64,000 bases of DNA from Verrucomicrobiota bacterium (GTDB lineage: Bacteria > Chlamydiota > Chlamydiia > Chlamydiales > SM23-39). This document shows positions 36,311 through 45,937 of this stretch, in pieces. The DNA lies in contig JAGWKU010000001.1 of assembly GCA_028873375.1 (NCBI GenBank), forward strand, positions 11,763 through 75,762, written 5' to 3'. Under the pieces are notes generated by a model that was not told where the DNA came from, made no database searches, and was given only the letters and a program-made list of their open reading frames with translations. Position 1 is the first letter of the stretch, and each line of letters opens with the position of its first letter. The position numbers and the translations under genes were made by a program.

Positions 36311-38972
36311 CGACGCTCTTCAGACTGTTGAGGCGCTGCAGGGCCCGCTCACGGAGGACGGGTTCTAGAGACGCATCTGCAATTTGCAGGAAAAGGGCTT
36401 TGGCGATTGCACGCAACTCTTTTTTTCGCTCCAGGTCTGATGAGAGATCGGCTTCCGCTAAGAAAATTTCAGCTTCAAAGAACTGTTTGTAAGAGAGATA
36501 AATTTGATACTTAGCGGGGAATCGGACTTCGGCTGCATGGTAGTCTTGGGAGAGAAGATCTTCTTTCGATTCGAAATCGGCTTTCGTTTTTCGTAGGAGG
36601 AAAAATTTCTTGGCGCTCTTTTCGCTGGCTGGCTCGAGAAGGGTTTGAAGATCGATGTAATCGAGGGCAGCTTCGAGGTGAATAGGTTCATTTTGGAGGG
36701 ATTTCTGAAGCACAAGAGCTTTGAGTTGAGCAGCGGCTTTTAAGAGATCGGGGTGGGTCGCTGTAAGTTGTTCTTTGGGCAATCGAGCGATTTTTAGGCG
36801 GGCACTATGGAGAAGAGCAGAAGCTGTAAAGCGGTTATTGATGATGGATCTCCCTTCAGCTGCTTCTTCAAAAAGCTTCTCGGCCCTCTCTTTTTCCCCT
36901 CTTTTAAGGCAGGCTTCTCCGAGATAAAGTTTTGCCTCTTGGTCATGAGCCCACTGGGTTTTAGGAGAGGCCTGATAATCAGCGATCAGGTTTTCAAGGA
37001 TGGCATCGGACTCTGTTTCTCGGTCAGCTTGGTGGTAGAGAGTATAAAGTTTCACCCGAATTTCTTCAGTGAATAGAGGGTCGTGGGTATCTCTCTTTTC
37101 GAGAAAGTGGGAAAAGATGCGAATCGCTCTTTGTGCAAGCGCGGGGTTTTTCCCAGCCTCTGCATAAGAGAGATTGGCGAGCCAGAGCAGGTTACGCGAT
37201 TGGATAGGAGCATTGGCTTCAAAAGCTTGGTAGAGGTGGTCCGCTGCCCGGTTGAAGTGATCGGGATTGGATAAGTAGGCGTTGAACAGAGCAATGTGCT
37301 GTTCAGTGGGGGGAAGTAGTGAGGCCTGATTCGAGAGGGCTTTCTCTGCCCATTGGCAAAACTGCACTTCATCACCAAGGCCGTCACGGAAGCATAGGGC
37401 GAGAAGCAGTTCTGCATTGGCCCGTTCGGTGAATACTACGTCAGTCTTAAGAAGTGGTTCAAGGAGTTGGATTGTCTCTTCATATCCTCGGAGTTCATAA
37501 TCGGTTTTTGCTAGGAGGAATTGCCAGTCAAGCCGTTCGGCTGGAGCGAGGAAATTATCAGCTCGGAGCATTTGGTCGAGGTCAAAGGCAAATTGTTCTT
37601 TGAGCTCTCTCGAAGGAAGGGGTTCTTTGCTAGCGAGTTCATACGAAGAGCGGGCGAGGTGGCGCCACACAAAGGGGGCAAATTCATGGTTGGGAAATTC
37701 TTTGAGGAAAGCCCGAGCATAGGTTTTGCAACTCCCCCACTGCTCTTGAGAAGAGGCGAGATGGGTGAGTTCAAAGCTTGCTTCGGCCCGGAGAGGAGAA
37801 TCGGAATAACGGGCAAGGAAAGATTCGAATTCAGCTTGGGCAGCAGGAAAATTTTGGCTTTTCTTGAGAATTTGGGCGCGACTAAAGAAAGCGTTGGAAA
37901 GTTCAGGGTCATTGGCGTCAAATTGCTTTAGACGGCCGATCGAAGCATCGAGAAGCGCGAGATCGCCCTCATGAGATGCGGCTTCAATCAAATGGACGAG
38001 GGCAGGGCGAACCGATTCTGCAGGGGTATTGGAATCTAGAAAGGCATTTAACTCAGCGGTTGCTTCTCGATATTGGTGGAGAGCAAAAAGGCTTTTGCCG
38101 ACGAGGAGATGGCCGATACCTACTCGTTCGGGGGGGAGTGAGTCGAAAAATTCCTCTTTGCGGGCGACAATTTCCTCAAAGCGTCCATGGGCAAAGAAGA
38201 GGACGAGGCGGTTATAGGCAGCGTCTCCTGCGTGAGGGCCCCGTTGTTCGACGAGATCTTCGAATGTTCGAAGAGCGAGCTCTTGATCGTATTTGGATTG
38301 CAAAAGAGCCGCTTGAAAGAGAAGCTCGTCGGGGTGTTCGCTTGTTTTGGAGAGGTGGAGATAAATATTGGAAGCAGTTTGGTAGTCTTCAAGAATATAG
38401 CAAAGATGGGCAAAGGCCTGGGAGACATCTTCGGAGAGATTGTTTTTAGAGAGCCACTCAAAGTAAGGTTTCGCGCGTAAGGCGAGTTGTTGTAGGGTTG
38501 CCGGCTCAGTGGAGGCGTTGAGACATTGCTGATAAAGAGAGATGGCAAGAAGATAGATTGCTTGGTTTCGCTCGGGAAGGTCCTGTCCTTCAGTCTTTGT
38601 GAGATAGGCTTCACATTCATCGGCGAGAGAGGCGTACGAGTGTAGGTGGTAGAGGCAGTGCATCCGATTTAAAAAAATTCTTTCGGAGGAGTCAGAGGGC
38701 GAAATGCGGGAGTAGTAATTGAGAGCAGATTGGTAATTTTTTTCGCGCAAAAGAAGATCGCCTAGGGCAGTGCAAAGAGTGTGGGAATAGGGATTGTCGG
38801 GGAATTCTTCTAAAAATTCTTCCATCTGCGTTTTGGCAAGTGGGAATTCCCCTTCCTGCCAAAAGTCGGCAATACGTCGCAGGGCCAGCGCTTCTTCCTC
38901 CCCTATTTCTGGAAGGAGAGGAGCCGCCAGCAGACTGCAGGAGCATAAGGCAAAAATAACGCCGACGCGCAT
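36294..38972 (-). CDS. Tetratricopeptide-repeat protein, exported
   Basis: Signal peptide, then many TPR-like helical repeats over 892 aa. Confidence 0.75.
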   Translation of the reverse strand: MRVGVIFALCSCSLLAAPLLPEIGEEEALALRRIADFWQEGEFPLAKTQMEEFLEEFPDNPYSHTLCTALGDLLLREKNYQSALNYYSRISPSDSSERIFLNRMHCLYHLHSYASLADECEAYLTKTEGQDLPERNQAIYLLAISLYQQCLNASTEPATLQQLALRAKPYFEWLSKNNLSEDVSQAFAHLCYILEDYQTASNIYLHLSKTSEHPDELLFQAALLQSKYDQELALRTFEDLVEQRGPHAGDAAYNRLVLFFAHGRFEEIVARKEEFFDSLPPERVGIGHLLVGKSLFALHQYREATAELNAFLDSNTPAESVRPALVHLIEAASHEGDLALLDASIGRLKQFDANDPELSNAFFSRAQILKKSQNFPAAQAEFESFLARYSDSPLRAEASFELTHLASSQEQWGSCKTYARAFLKEFPNHEFAPFVWRHLARSSYELASKEPLPSRELKEQFAFDLDQMLRADNFLAPAERLDWQFLLAKTDYELRGYEETIQLLEPLLKTDVVFTERANAELLLALCFRDGLGDEVQFCQWAEKALSNQASLLPPTEQHIALFNAYLSNPDHFNRAADHLYQAFEANAPIQSRNLLWLANLSYAEAGKNPALAQRAIRIFSHFLEKRDTHDPLFTEEIRVKLYTLYHQADRETESDAILENLIADYQASPKTQWAHDQEAKLYLGEACLKRGEKERAEKLFEEAAEGRSIINNRFTASALLHSARLKIARLPKEQLTATHPDLLKAAAQLKALVLQKSLQNEPIHLEAALDYIDLQTLLEPASEKSAKKFFLLRKTKADFESKEDLLSQDYHAAEVRFPAKYQIYLSYKQFFEAEIFLAEADLSSDLERKKELRAIAKALFLQIADASLEPVLRERALQRLNSLKSVDEQPI

Positions 38973-39093
38973 AGTGGTTCTCTCTGTTCGCTTGATTATA
39001 AAGACGAGGGGATAATTTTCCCACGGGCTTCTTGCAAAAAAGGCCTTCCCTCTTGAATTTCAGGTAAAAAAGAGATATATTCAAAGGCGAATT

Positions 39094-40026
39094 ATGGGTT
39101 TTTTGTCAGTCACACTAGCAGCTTTTTTTGCAGCCTGCTCTAATTTATTCATGCGCCGAAGCATGGATGCGGGGGGGACGACTAAAGCGTTTCTTGCTAT
39201 CCAAATGGGCATTGCTTTCTTGATCGCAGTTCTTTTGGGCCCGGTAAAAGCGGGTTCTTATGCATTCAATGTGCCGCTGGGAATGTTGGGGGTGGTTGCC
39301 GGTCTTGTGCTGGCTTCGATGCTCTACCTGCTGGGACGAGCATTGGAAAATGGTCCTCCAGGGTTCACGTTTTCTATTTTGAGCGCAGCGACGGTGATGC
39401 CGGCGATTGTCATGGCAGTCTTGTTTGGAGCGGCCTACGGATTTTTGTATACCACCTGGCATGGGCTCGGCTCTCTTCTCGTTCTAACAGGCCTTTTTTG
39501 GGCGGGAAAGGGAATTGGTGGGCTTCAAAATCGGCGAGCATGGATCTTATTTGCAATTGGGATGTTTTCACTCCATGTTTTTCTGTTGGTGATTTTCCAA
39601 TGGAGGGCTCTTTTGCTAAAGATCTCCCATCCAGAAGAACTGGTGAGCTTTTTTACCTCTGAGCAAATCCAAAGCCAGTGGTTTATGCCGATGCTTTATC
39701 TCAGCGCATTCATTGTACAGTTAACGATTTTTTTAAAGGCGATTGGCCGAAAGCCTTACCCAAAAGAGTGGGTCAATGGCATAGGTGGTGGAATTGCTAA
39801 TAGTCTTTGTACCTTTTTCCTGATTCAGGGAACAGAGGTGGCAACGGGGCTTGAAAATGCTGTGATTTTTCCTCTCTTTTCAATTGGAACGATTGTCTTT
39901 TCAAATCTGTGGAGTCAGCGGCTTTATCAAGAGAAAGTCAATTGGCGGGCCTGTCAAGTTTGTGCGATGGGGTTGTTTATCGGCACAGTCGATTGGAAAG
40001 CATTTAGCTCTTTCCTAGGTTTTTAA
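39094..40026 (+). CDS. DMT/EamA-like membrane transporter
   Basis: Ten hydrophobic segments; duplicated 5-TM pattern (SVTLAAFFAACSNLFMRRS...). Confidence 0.6.
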   Translation: MGFLSVTLAAFFAACSNLFMRRSMDAGGTTKAFLAIQMGIAFLIAVLLGPVKAGSYAFNVPLGMLGVVAGLVLASMLYLLGRALENGPPGFTFSILSAATVMPAIVMAVLFGAAYGFLYTTWHGLGSLLVLTGLFWAGKGIGGLQNRRAWILFAIGMFSLHVFLLVIFQWRALLLKISHPEELVSFFTSEQIQSQWFMPMLYLSAFIVQLTIFLKAIGRKPYPKEWVNGIGGGIANSLCTFFLIQGTEVATGLENAVIFPLFSIGTIVFSNLWSQRLYQEKVNWRACQVCAMGLFIGTVDWKAFSSFLGF

Positions 40027-40038
40027 CTAATTTCTTTC

Positions 40039-40061
40039 CAATGTAAAGCGGCTTTACATTG
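40039..40061. repeat. palindrome CAATGTAAAGC-G-GCTTTACATTG between convergent transporter genes
   Basis: Perfect palindrome; outer bases differ compensatorily (C/G instead of A/T). Confidence 0.95.
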
Positions 40062-41289
40062 AAGCTGAAGCTTTTTTTCGCAGAGCGAAGGGAATGAACG
40101 CGGCGCTGCAGAGAAAAAGAAAGGCGGCGATGAGAATGGTCGCTCCGACGAGGTCGGACGGGATTGCGCCGAGGATACCGGCAGCAAGAAATTGGCAAGC
40201 GCCGTTGCTGGCGTTCACAAGACCGAATACTTTACCTTGGCTCTGGTCATTGGCATGGTCGGAGAGAAGGGTCTGGTAGGCGGGGTAAATCAAGGCTTCT
40301 GTGATGGCTGGAATCGCGAGGTAGATCCAGAGTTCAGCCATTTTTTCTGAGCCAAAAAGGGAAAAGAGTCCGAAAGCGCCCGCCATTTGCGTCCAGAAAA
40401 GGATCCGTTTGGCTCGGAAATGATGAAGAATCCAGGCAGTTCCCAAAATTCCTCCCACAGTAAAGCAAAGGGCGAGGTAGCTGTTGTAGATGCCCACTTC
40501 GGAGGCTGACAAATCAAATTTTTGGATCAGGTAATAAGAAAGGGAAACGATAACAAGGTACCATCCAAGGAGATTGATCAAAAAGAGGAAGAAGAGTCGT
40601 TCTCGGACGGCGAGGGAGAAAAGCTGGCCGATTCCTTTGAGGAATTTTGTCGCTGAAAAAGCAGCGATATTGGGTTGGTAATTGTCCTCAAAGAAAAAAT
40701 AGGTGCAAATCAGAGAGGAACCAAAGACTCCACTGGCGAGAAGGCTGGGCCAAATGAACCCGCCGCATTCGACAAAGCGGGGCTCAAGGAGAAGATTGCC
40801 GAAATAGGGGCCTGTGATCCATGCGACTCCTCCTAGGACAGAGAGAAAGGCTAGTTTTTGCCCTTTCGTGCCAGTATCGATTTCAGCGATCGCTGCTTGG
40901 GCCATCGCCTGTTTCCCTGCGAAGAAGCCGGCGAGAATCTGGCCGAGTAGGAAGAGAGGGAAAGAGCCTTTCCAGAGACCAAAGGCGCAAAGGGCTAGAC
41001 TCAAAATTGATCCGATGAGGCCTCCGAGAAGGACTACCCTCCTTCCAATGAGGTCAGAGAGGTCGCCTAAAATGGGAGACCCGATCACCTCGCCTATGGG
41101 GAAGCAAGCAACGGCGACTCCGAGGGCCAATTGCCGATCCCAAAAAAGTTGTTGAAAGGGGCTTTGGTCGGTAGAAACATAAACCGCTAGAAATGCGATG
41201 GCCGCTCCCCAGCTGAAGTAATCAGCGAAGTAGGCCAAGTAGAGGCTAAAGAGCGAACGACTTTGCGCCGTTGGCATGAGCGACTTCAT
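40054..41289 (-). CDS. MFS transporter (TetA-like)
   Basis: GEVIGSPILGDLSDLIGRRVVLLGG MFS signature; about 12 TM. Confidence 0.8.
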   Translation of the reverse strand: MKSLMPTAQSRSLFSLYLAYFADYFSWGAAIAFLAVYVSTDQSPFQQLFWDRQLALGVAVACFPIGEVIGSPILGDLSDLIGRRVVLLGGLIGSILSLALCAFGLWKGSFPLFLLGQILAGFFAGKQAMAQAAIAEIDTGTKGQKLAFLSVLGGVAWITGPYFGNLLLEPRFVECGGFIWPSLLASGVFGSSLICTYFFFEDNYQPNIAAFSATKFLKGIGQLFSLAVRERLFFLFLINLLGWYLVIVSLSYYLIQKFDLSASEVGIYNSYLALCFTVGGILGTAWILHHFRAKRILFWTQMAGAFGLFSLFGSEKMAELWIYLAIPAITEALIYPAYQTLLSDHANDQSQGKVFGLVNASNGACQFLAAGILGAIPSDLVGATILIAAFLFLCSAAFIPFALRKKASASM

Positions 41290-41388
41290 CTCTCCTATCA
41301 GGCTTTTGAGATAATAAGCTTATGATTGACTCCTTTTTTATGAAAAGGGTTTTTCGTGTCCAGCCCAAAATTTTTTTCATGTAAAAAT

Positions 41389-42492
41389 TTAAATGCTAAT
41401 CGGGCTTAGCTCGTGCTGAGAATGAGTCCCTCGCCCATAGGAAGCGATGAGGTGTTCTGCTTTTTTGAAATTGGCCTTTCGAAGATCTTCGTAGACTTGT
41501 AGGCCTTTGGCGTTCATGCCTTGTTGGAAATAGAGGGTCCCAAGCCGAAAAAGGGTTTCTCGGTCAAGGGGACGGAGTTTTAAGAGAAACTCTACTTCGC
41601 GAATTTCCTCTTCGTACAGCTCGAGTTCTCGATAGGCCGTAGAGAGTTGTTCGTGGACCCACGGATCGTTAGGTGCGTACTGATTGAGAATTTCCAGTTC
41701 CTCGATCGCAAGTTTGGCTGCTGTTTTGAATTGTTCTTCGAAGCGGACTGCGTGTTTGCGGTAGATGCTGAGGCGAGGATGGGTTACCTCGGTATTTTTC
41801 GGCTCTTTGTAAATTTGGGAAAGAGCGATATAAGTGCTCGCGAGAGAGGCATGTACTTCGAGATCGGTCGGAGTTGCCTGGATCTGCTTAAGCTGCTCTT
41901 CGATTGCTGCATGGAGGAGCATTTGTTTGAATCGAAATACATCGTGCCAATGACAGTAGGCAGAAAAGCGGGAAATAAGGCGGTTCAGAGGAGGAAAGAA
42001 GCTGGGAATTTTAATGAACTGCCATTCGTAATCTTGGAGATAGTTGGAGAGTTTCAGAAGTGTTTCGGCTATTGAAAGATGGTGTTGAGCTACGCCTGAA
42101 GGCAATCCTAAGCTCGTTCGACACGAATCTATAAAACGGCGGAGTAAACCAGTGAGCTGTTCTGGTTTTTTAGCTTGGTAATAGAAGAGGAGAACGAGAT
42201 AGGAAAAACAGGTGAGAAAGAGAGCTCCGATGACAAGAGCGATGAGAGCAGATCCGCTGGCTATCGGCAAGATGGCTAGTTCCATTATACTGAGAGTTGA
42301 AAAGAGAAGATTAAACTTGACGAAAGAGCGAGAAATTCGCTGGAATTCGCCTAGAATAGTTCGATAATGCTGGGGGAGTTGGTTTTGGAATTCCCCGTTG
42401 TTAAATGAAGATGGATCGTCGAGTTGTGTAGACATAAGATGGGCATGGTCCTTCTGAGCATACCGTTTAGAGTTTTTTTCTTTAAAAAGCAA
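41389..42492 (-). CDS. hypothetical TM protein with TPR-like C-terminus
   Basis: Two adjacent TM segments, then TPR-like ...LFQQGMNAKGLQVYEDLRKANF. Confidence 0.5.
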   Translation of the reverse strand: MLFKEKNSKRYAQKDHAHLMSTQLDDPSSFNNGEFQNQLPQHYRTILGEFQRISRSFVKFNLLFSTLSIMELAILPIASGSALIALVIGALFLTCFSYLVLLFYYQAKKPEQLTGLLRRFIDSCRTSLGLPSGVAQHHLSIAETLLKLSNYLQDYEWQFIKIPSFFPPLNRLISRFSAYCHWHDVFRFKQMLLHAAIEEQLKQIQATPTDLEVHASLASTYIALSQIYKEPKNTEVTHPRLSIYRKHAVRFEEQFKTAAKLAIEELEILNQYAPNDPWVHEQLSTAYRELELYEEEIREVEFLLKLRPLDRETLFRLGTLYFQQGMNAKGLQVYEDLRKANFKKAEHLIASYGRGTHSQHELSPISI

Positions 42493-42963
42493 TCAACTTT
42501 TTCCCGTTTCAATCATATAATTGATCACTCGTTGACTCACGCCTGAATCTTGCAAGCGGCGAATTTGTCCTTGGCTTAAGTGATACGCACTCGAGGTGTC
42601 CCGAATATAGCGAATGATTGAAGCATCGGTGATGCCGCCCTGACTGAGCTTAATTACGTCATTGATGGTGAGCGGTTCGCCGCGATCCATTCGGTCGACG
42701 GTTCGGGGGCTTGAATGCTCCATCACTTTACGATCTTGTTCATCTAAGCGAGCACCGATCAGAGCTCCGCTTCCAGCGGCAATTGCGCCACCGACAAGAG
42801 CTCCACTTCCACCGGCAATGAGGGCGCCGCTTCCAGCTCCAAGGGCACCTCCAGCAATGGCTCCTGTTCCTGCATTTGTACTACAACCCCAAGCGAACAT
42901 AAGGGCTACAGCAAAGATAAAAGAAGATCTCATAGTAACTCCACGGGTCTTTGTTTCCCTCAT
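42493..42963 (-). CDS. glycine-zipper lipoprotein-like protein
   Basis: Lipobox-like ALMFAWGCS; GAIAGGALGAGSGALIAGGSGALVGGAIAAGSGALIGA. Confidence 0.7.
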   Translation of the reverse strand: MRETKTRGVTMRSSFIFAVALMFAWGCSTNAGTGAIAGGALGAGSGALIAGGSGALVGGAIAAGSGALIGARLDEQDRKVMEHSSPRTVDRMDRGEPLTINDVIKLSQGGITDASIIRYIRDTSSAYHLSQGQIRRLQDSGVSQRVINYMIETGKS

Positions 42964-42993
42964 TAACTGGAATTTCGATTAAAGTCTATTAGG

Positions 42994-43710
42994 TTAGGCG
43001 GGAACAGTGGCGTTCGGTTCTTCTCGAAAACGGTAGCCGACACCACGCACTGTTTCAATCCAATCAAATGTAGGACCTAATTTTTTACGTAAAGATGCGA
43101 TATGCACGTCGATATTTCGATCGACAATGAATGCGTCATCGTTATTGATGTCATCGAGGAGTTGATTGCGAGTGAGAACTTTGCCTCGATTCCCCACAAG
43201 ACGGCGTAAAATGCCGAATTCTGAAAGAGTGAGGGGAATTACTTTATCAGTTTTGCGGAGAAGGTAACGGTCGATTTCTAATTGGAATTCGCCGAATTTG
43301 ACCATTTTGGCGATTTTTTCAGGTTCTTTGCCGCGGCGCAAGATTGCTTTAACGCGGGAGAAGAGAACTTTGGGAGAGAAAGGTTTTGGGACATAATCGT
43401 CAGCACCGAGTTCCAATCCTAAGATGACATCCAGTTCCTCGCCTTTAGCTGAGAGAATAATCACTGGAATGTTTTTCAAATCTGGATTGCCTTTCATTTT
43501 GCGGCAGATATCGAGGCCATTTTCGCCTGGTAGCATAATATCAAGAATGACGAGATCAGGTTTTTCTCGCTCAATCGCTCGAAAACCATTGATGCCGTCT
43601 ACTTCGACATGCAATTTATAGCCAGATAGTTCGGCTTGCAGCTTGATGAGTGCTGCAATGTCTTCTTCATCTTCAATTAATAATATTCGTTTTTTTTGAG
43701 TCATTTTCAC
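42994..43710 (-). CDS. OmpR/PhoB-family response regulator
   Basis: Receiver with intact EDEED, LVILDIMLP, VIILSAK, PKPF; winged-helix C-terminus (TLSEFGILRRLVGNRGKVLTRNQLL, VRGVGYRF). Confidence 0.9.
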   Translation of the reverse strand: MKMTQKKRILLIEDEEDIAALIKLQAELSGYKLHVEVDGINGFRAIEREKPDLVILDIMLPGENGLDICRKMKGNPDLKNIPVIILSAKGEELDVILGLELGADDYVPKPFSPKVLFSRVKAILRRGKEPEKIAKMVKFGEFQLEIDRYLLRKTDKVIPLTLSEFGILRRLVGNRGKVLTRNQLLDDINNDDAFIVDRNIDVHIASLRKKLGPTFDWIETVRGVGYRFREEPNATVPA

Positions 43711-43757
43711 CTCTTCAGCAAAATGGGCTAGGATGTTTGAAATAATTTCATAGAATC

Positions 43758-44555
43758 TTATTTCTTACAAGGAGAAAGAAGCACTTGCTCGATTGGACGA
43801 GGGAAAAAGAGCTTGGCGAGCTGACGAAATTTTTGAGGATCGTCAGAGGTATAAAATTGATAAACAGGAGGAGAGGTTCCTGGATTGAGAAGCTTCCTTT
43901 TTTTCAAAAGATCGCGAGCGGCCAATGCGGTAGCTGGGGCCGGCTCAATGAGTTGGATATGGGAGCCAAGGGCCTCTTGGATCGCTTCTCGGAGAAGAGG
44001 ATAATGAGTGCAGGCGAGCAGAACCGTATCAACTGCGGTGCGTTTAAGAGGCGCTAGATAGTGCTCGATGATGAGTTTTGCGGCGGGATGGTTGGGTAAT
44101 CCTTCTTCGACAAAGGGGACAAATAGTGGGCAAGCAATAGCATGGACATCAATTTGGCGAGATTGAAGAGCTGCCTGAAAGAAGCCGGAGGCAATAGTGG
44201 CACGGGTTCCTAGGACAGCAACCTGTTTAGTGCGGGTGGCTTGGAGAAGTGCTTCGATGCCAGGCTCTCTGACGCCAATCACTGGAATAGAGAGCTTTTG
44301 TTGTAGGGCCTCAAAGGCGTAAGAGCAGGCGGTATGACAAGAAATAATAAGAAGTTTGATGCCTTGGTCGAGGAGGAATTGGGCGTTATCGAAGGCGTAT
44401 TGGAGAATGGTCTCTGCAGATTTATTTCCGTAAGGCAGATGTGCTGTATCGCCGAAATAAATGAGATTTTCGTGGGGCAATTGCTCAGCGACTTCACGCA
44501 TAACGGTAAGGCCGCCGAAGCCTGAATCGAAAAGGCCGATGGAAGAATGGTTCAT
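43758..44555 (-). CDS. murI: Glutamate racemase
   Basis: IGLFDSGFGGLTVMREV, ISCHTACSYA, VLLACTHYPLL. Confidence 0.93.
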   Translation of the reverse strand: MNHSSIGLFDSGFGGLTVMREVAEQLPHENLIYFGDTAHLPYGNKSAETILQYAFDNAQFLLDQGIKLLIISCHTACSYAFEALQQKLSIPVIGVREPGIEALLQATRTKQVAVLGTRATIASGFFQAALQSRQIDVHAIACPLFVPFVEEGLPNHPAAKLIIEHYLAPLKRTAVDTVLLACTHYPLLREAIQEALGSHIQLIEPAPATALAARDLLKKRKLLNPGTSPPVYQFYTSDDPQKFRQLAKLFFPRPIEQVLLSPCKK

Positions 44556-45226
44556 TCCGTAGGGATTTTTAATTCTTGGCCGACGACGATGAGGTCGAAT
44601 TCGAGGCCGTTGGCTTTCTTGATTTTATCGACGCCTGTTTTGTGCAATTTGGCAATTTTTTCAAGAGAATCGCCAGGTCGAACTTTGTAGAGCTTATATT
44701 GTTCAGAGGAGCGAAGCGATTTTGCTAGGGTTTCGATGTTTCCTTTAAGCTTTCCAAGTTCTTCGAAACGACGCTGCCCAGCAATTAGCTCTTTTTCTAA
44801 TTCTTCGATTCGATTCTTAAATTGGGTGAGAGCCTCGGAAGTGTCATGAGCATGTGTGGTGAGTTGTTGAAATTCTTGCGTAGTCGATTCTCGGTTTTTT
44901 TCAGAAGTGGAAAAGCGTTTTTCAAGAGACTGGAGTTGGGCGGAGAGTAGTTCGAGCTTTGCCTGTTGCTTTTCTAAGTCTTGCTGTTTGAGAACAGAGA
45001 GGGCATTTTCGTTGTACTTGATGCGACCATCGAGGATTTGTAATTCGGTTTGGAAGCAGTTGATATCGTGGCGCAAATCATCGATGTTCGTTTGTACTTC
45101 ATGCAGCGTCAATTCGAGCTGGTGTTTTTCATCATGAGGAGAACTCTTGAGTGGAGAGCAGCTTGTTAGGAGAAAGAGGCCCAGCGGGAAAAAAAGGCAG
45201 GGCCTAAAGCGTCGGTCGATGTTCAT
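44552..45226 (-). CDS. LysM-domain lipoprotein with coiled coil
   Basis: Lipobox LLTSC; C-terminal YKVRPGDSLEKIAKLHKTGVDKIKKANGLEFDLIVVGQELKIP. Confidence 0.85.
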   Translation of the reverse strand: MNIDRRFRPCLFFPLGLFLLTSCSPLKSSPHDEKHQLELTLHEVQTNIDDLRHDINCFQTELQILDGRIKYNENALSVLKQQDLEKQQAKLELLSAQLQSLEKRFSTSEKNRESTTQEFQQLTTHAHDTSEALTQFKNRIEELEKELIAGQRRFEELGKLKGNIETLAKSLRSSEQYKLYKVRPGDSLEKIAKLHKTGVDKIKKANGLEFDLIVVGQELKIPTE

Positions 45227-45915
45227 TTTTCATAGAGCTTAAATTCTGCGCGCCGATTGACTTTCCAATCATCGGGGGAGTGGCCAAAAGCCACAGGTTC
45301 TTCTTTCCCGCGAGAAACAGTGTAGATTCGGTTGAGATCTACCCCATTTTTCACTAGGAGACCACGAATGTAGTTTGCTCGTTTTATGCCTAAAGCCATG
45401 TTATAGCTAGCAGGAGCTCGCTCATCACAGTGGCCCGCAACCATCAGAAAGACTTTGGGATTTTTCTTCATGTAGCCAGCGATTTGAGCGACCACCTGCA
45501 AATCAGATTTATCGCGTAGGATGTGTTCGTCAGTTTCGAAATGGAGGGTTCTAAATAGGCTTAGCAGAATGTCGGGCGGATTGTAAAACTGATCTAGGCC
45601 AGGAATTCCCTTTTGTCCGGGTACTCCCTTTGGCTGGGGAAGTGCCATGTCGGTGGCTGCAAACGAATTTTTTAGATCGGAATCATTGAGCGGGATGAAC
45701 TCACCATCATAGGGTCCGATAAATTCCTCATCTGAGGTGAGCATGCGCGATTCGTAGTCTTTGCCCCACAGAGCATCGACACCTCGTTGCACATAGCGCC
45801 CGGCGGTTTTCACATCTTCCCAGCTCTGGTTACTATTCCGAGAGCAGGCTGCGCTCAGAGCCAGTGCGGTAATTGCGAAAAAACGGATCAATAATCTCAT
45901 ACGCTCCTCAATCAA
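45223..45915 (-). CDS. pal: Peptidoglycan-associated lipoprotein
   Basis: Lipobox LSAAC; OmpA domain LHFETDEHI..., VAGHCDERAPASYNMALGIKRANYIRGLLVKNGV, NRRAEFKLY. Confidence 0.9.
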   Translation of the reverse strand: MIEERMRLLIRFFAITALALSAACSRNSNQSWEDVKTAGRYVQRGVDALWGKDYESRMLTSDEEFIGPYDGEFIPLNDSDLKNSFAATDMALPQPKGVPGQKGIPGLDQFYNPPDILLSLFRTLHFETDEHILRDKSDLQVVAQIAGYMKKNPKVFLMVAGHCDERAPASYNMALGIKRANYIRGLLVKNGVDLNRIYTVSRGKEEPVAFGHSPDDWKVNRRAEFKLYEK

Positions 45916-45937
45916 GACTTCTTCTTACTAATGTAAT

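Noticed and set aside
40054-41289. Antibiotic-resistance island suggested by the TetA-like MFS gene
   Set aside because: No mobile-element genes or resistance context; generic MFS exporter in a syntenic-looking region.
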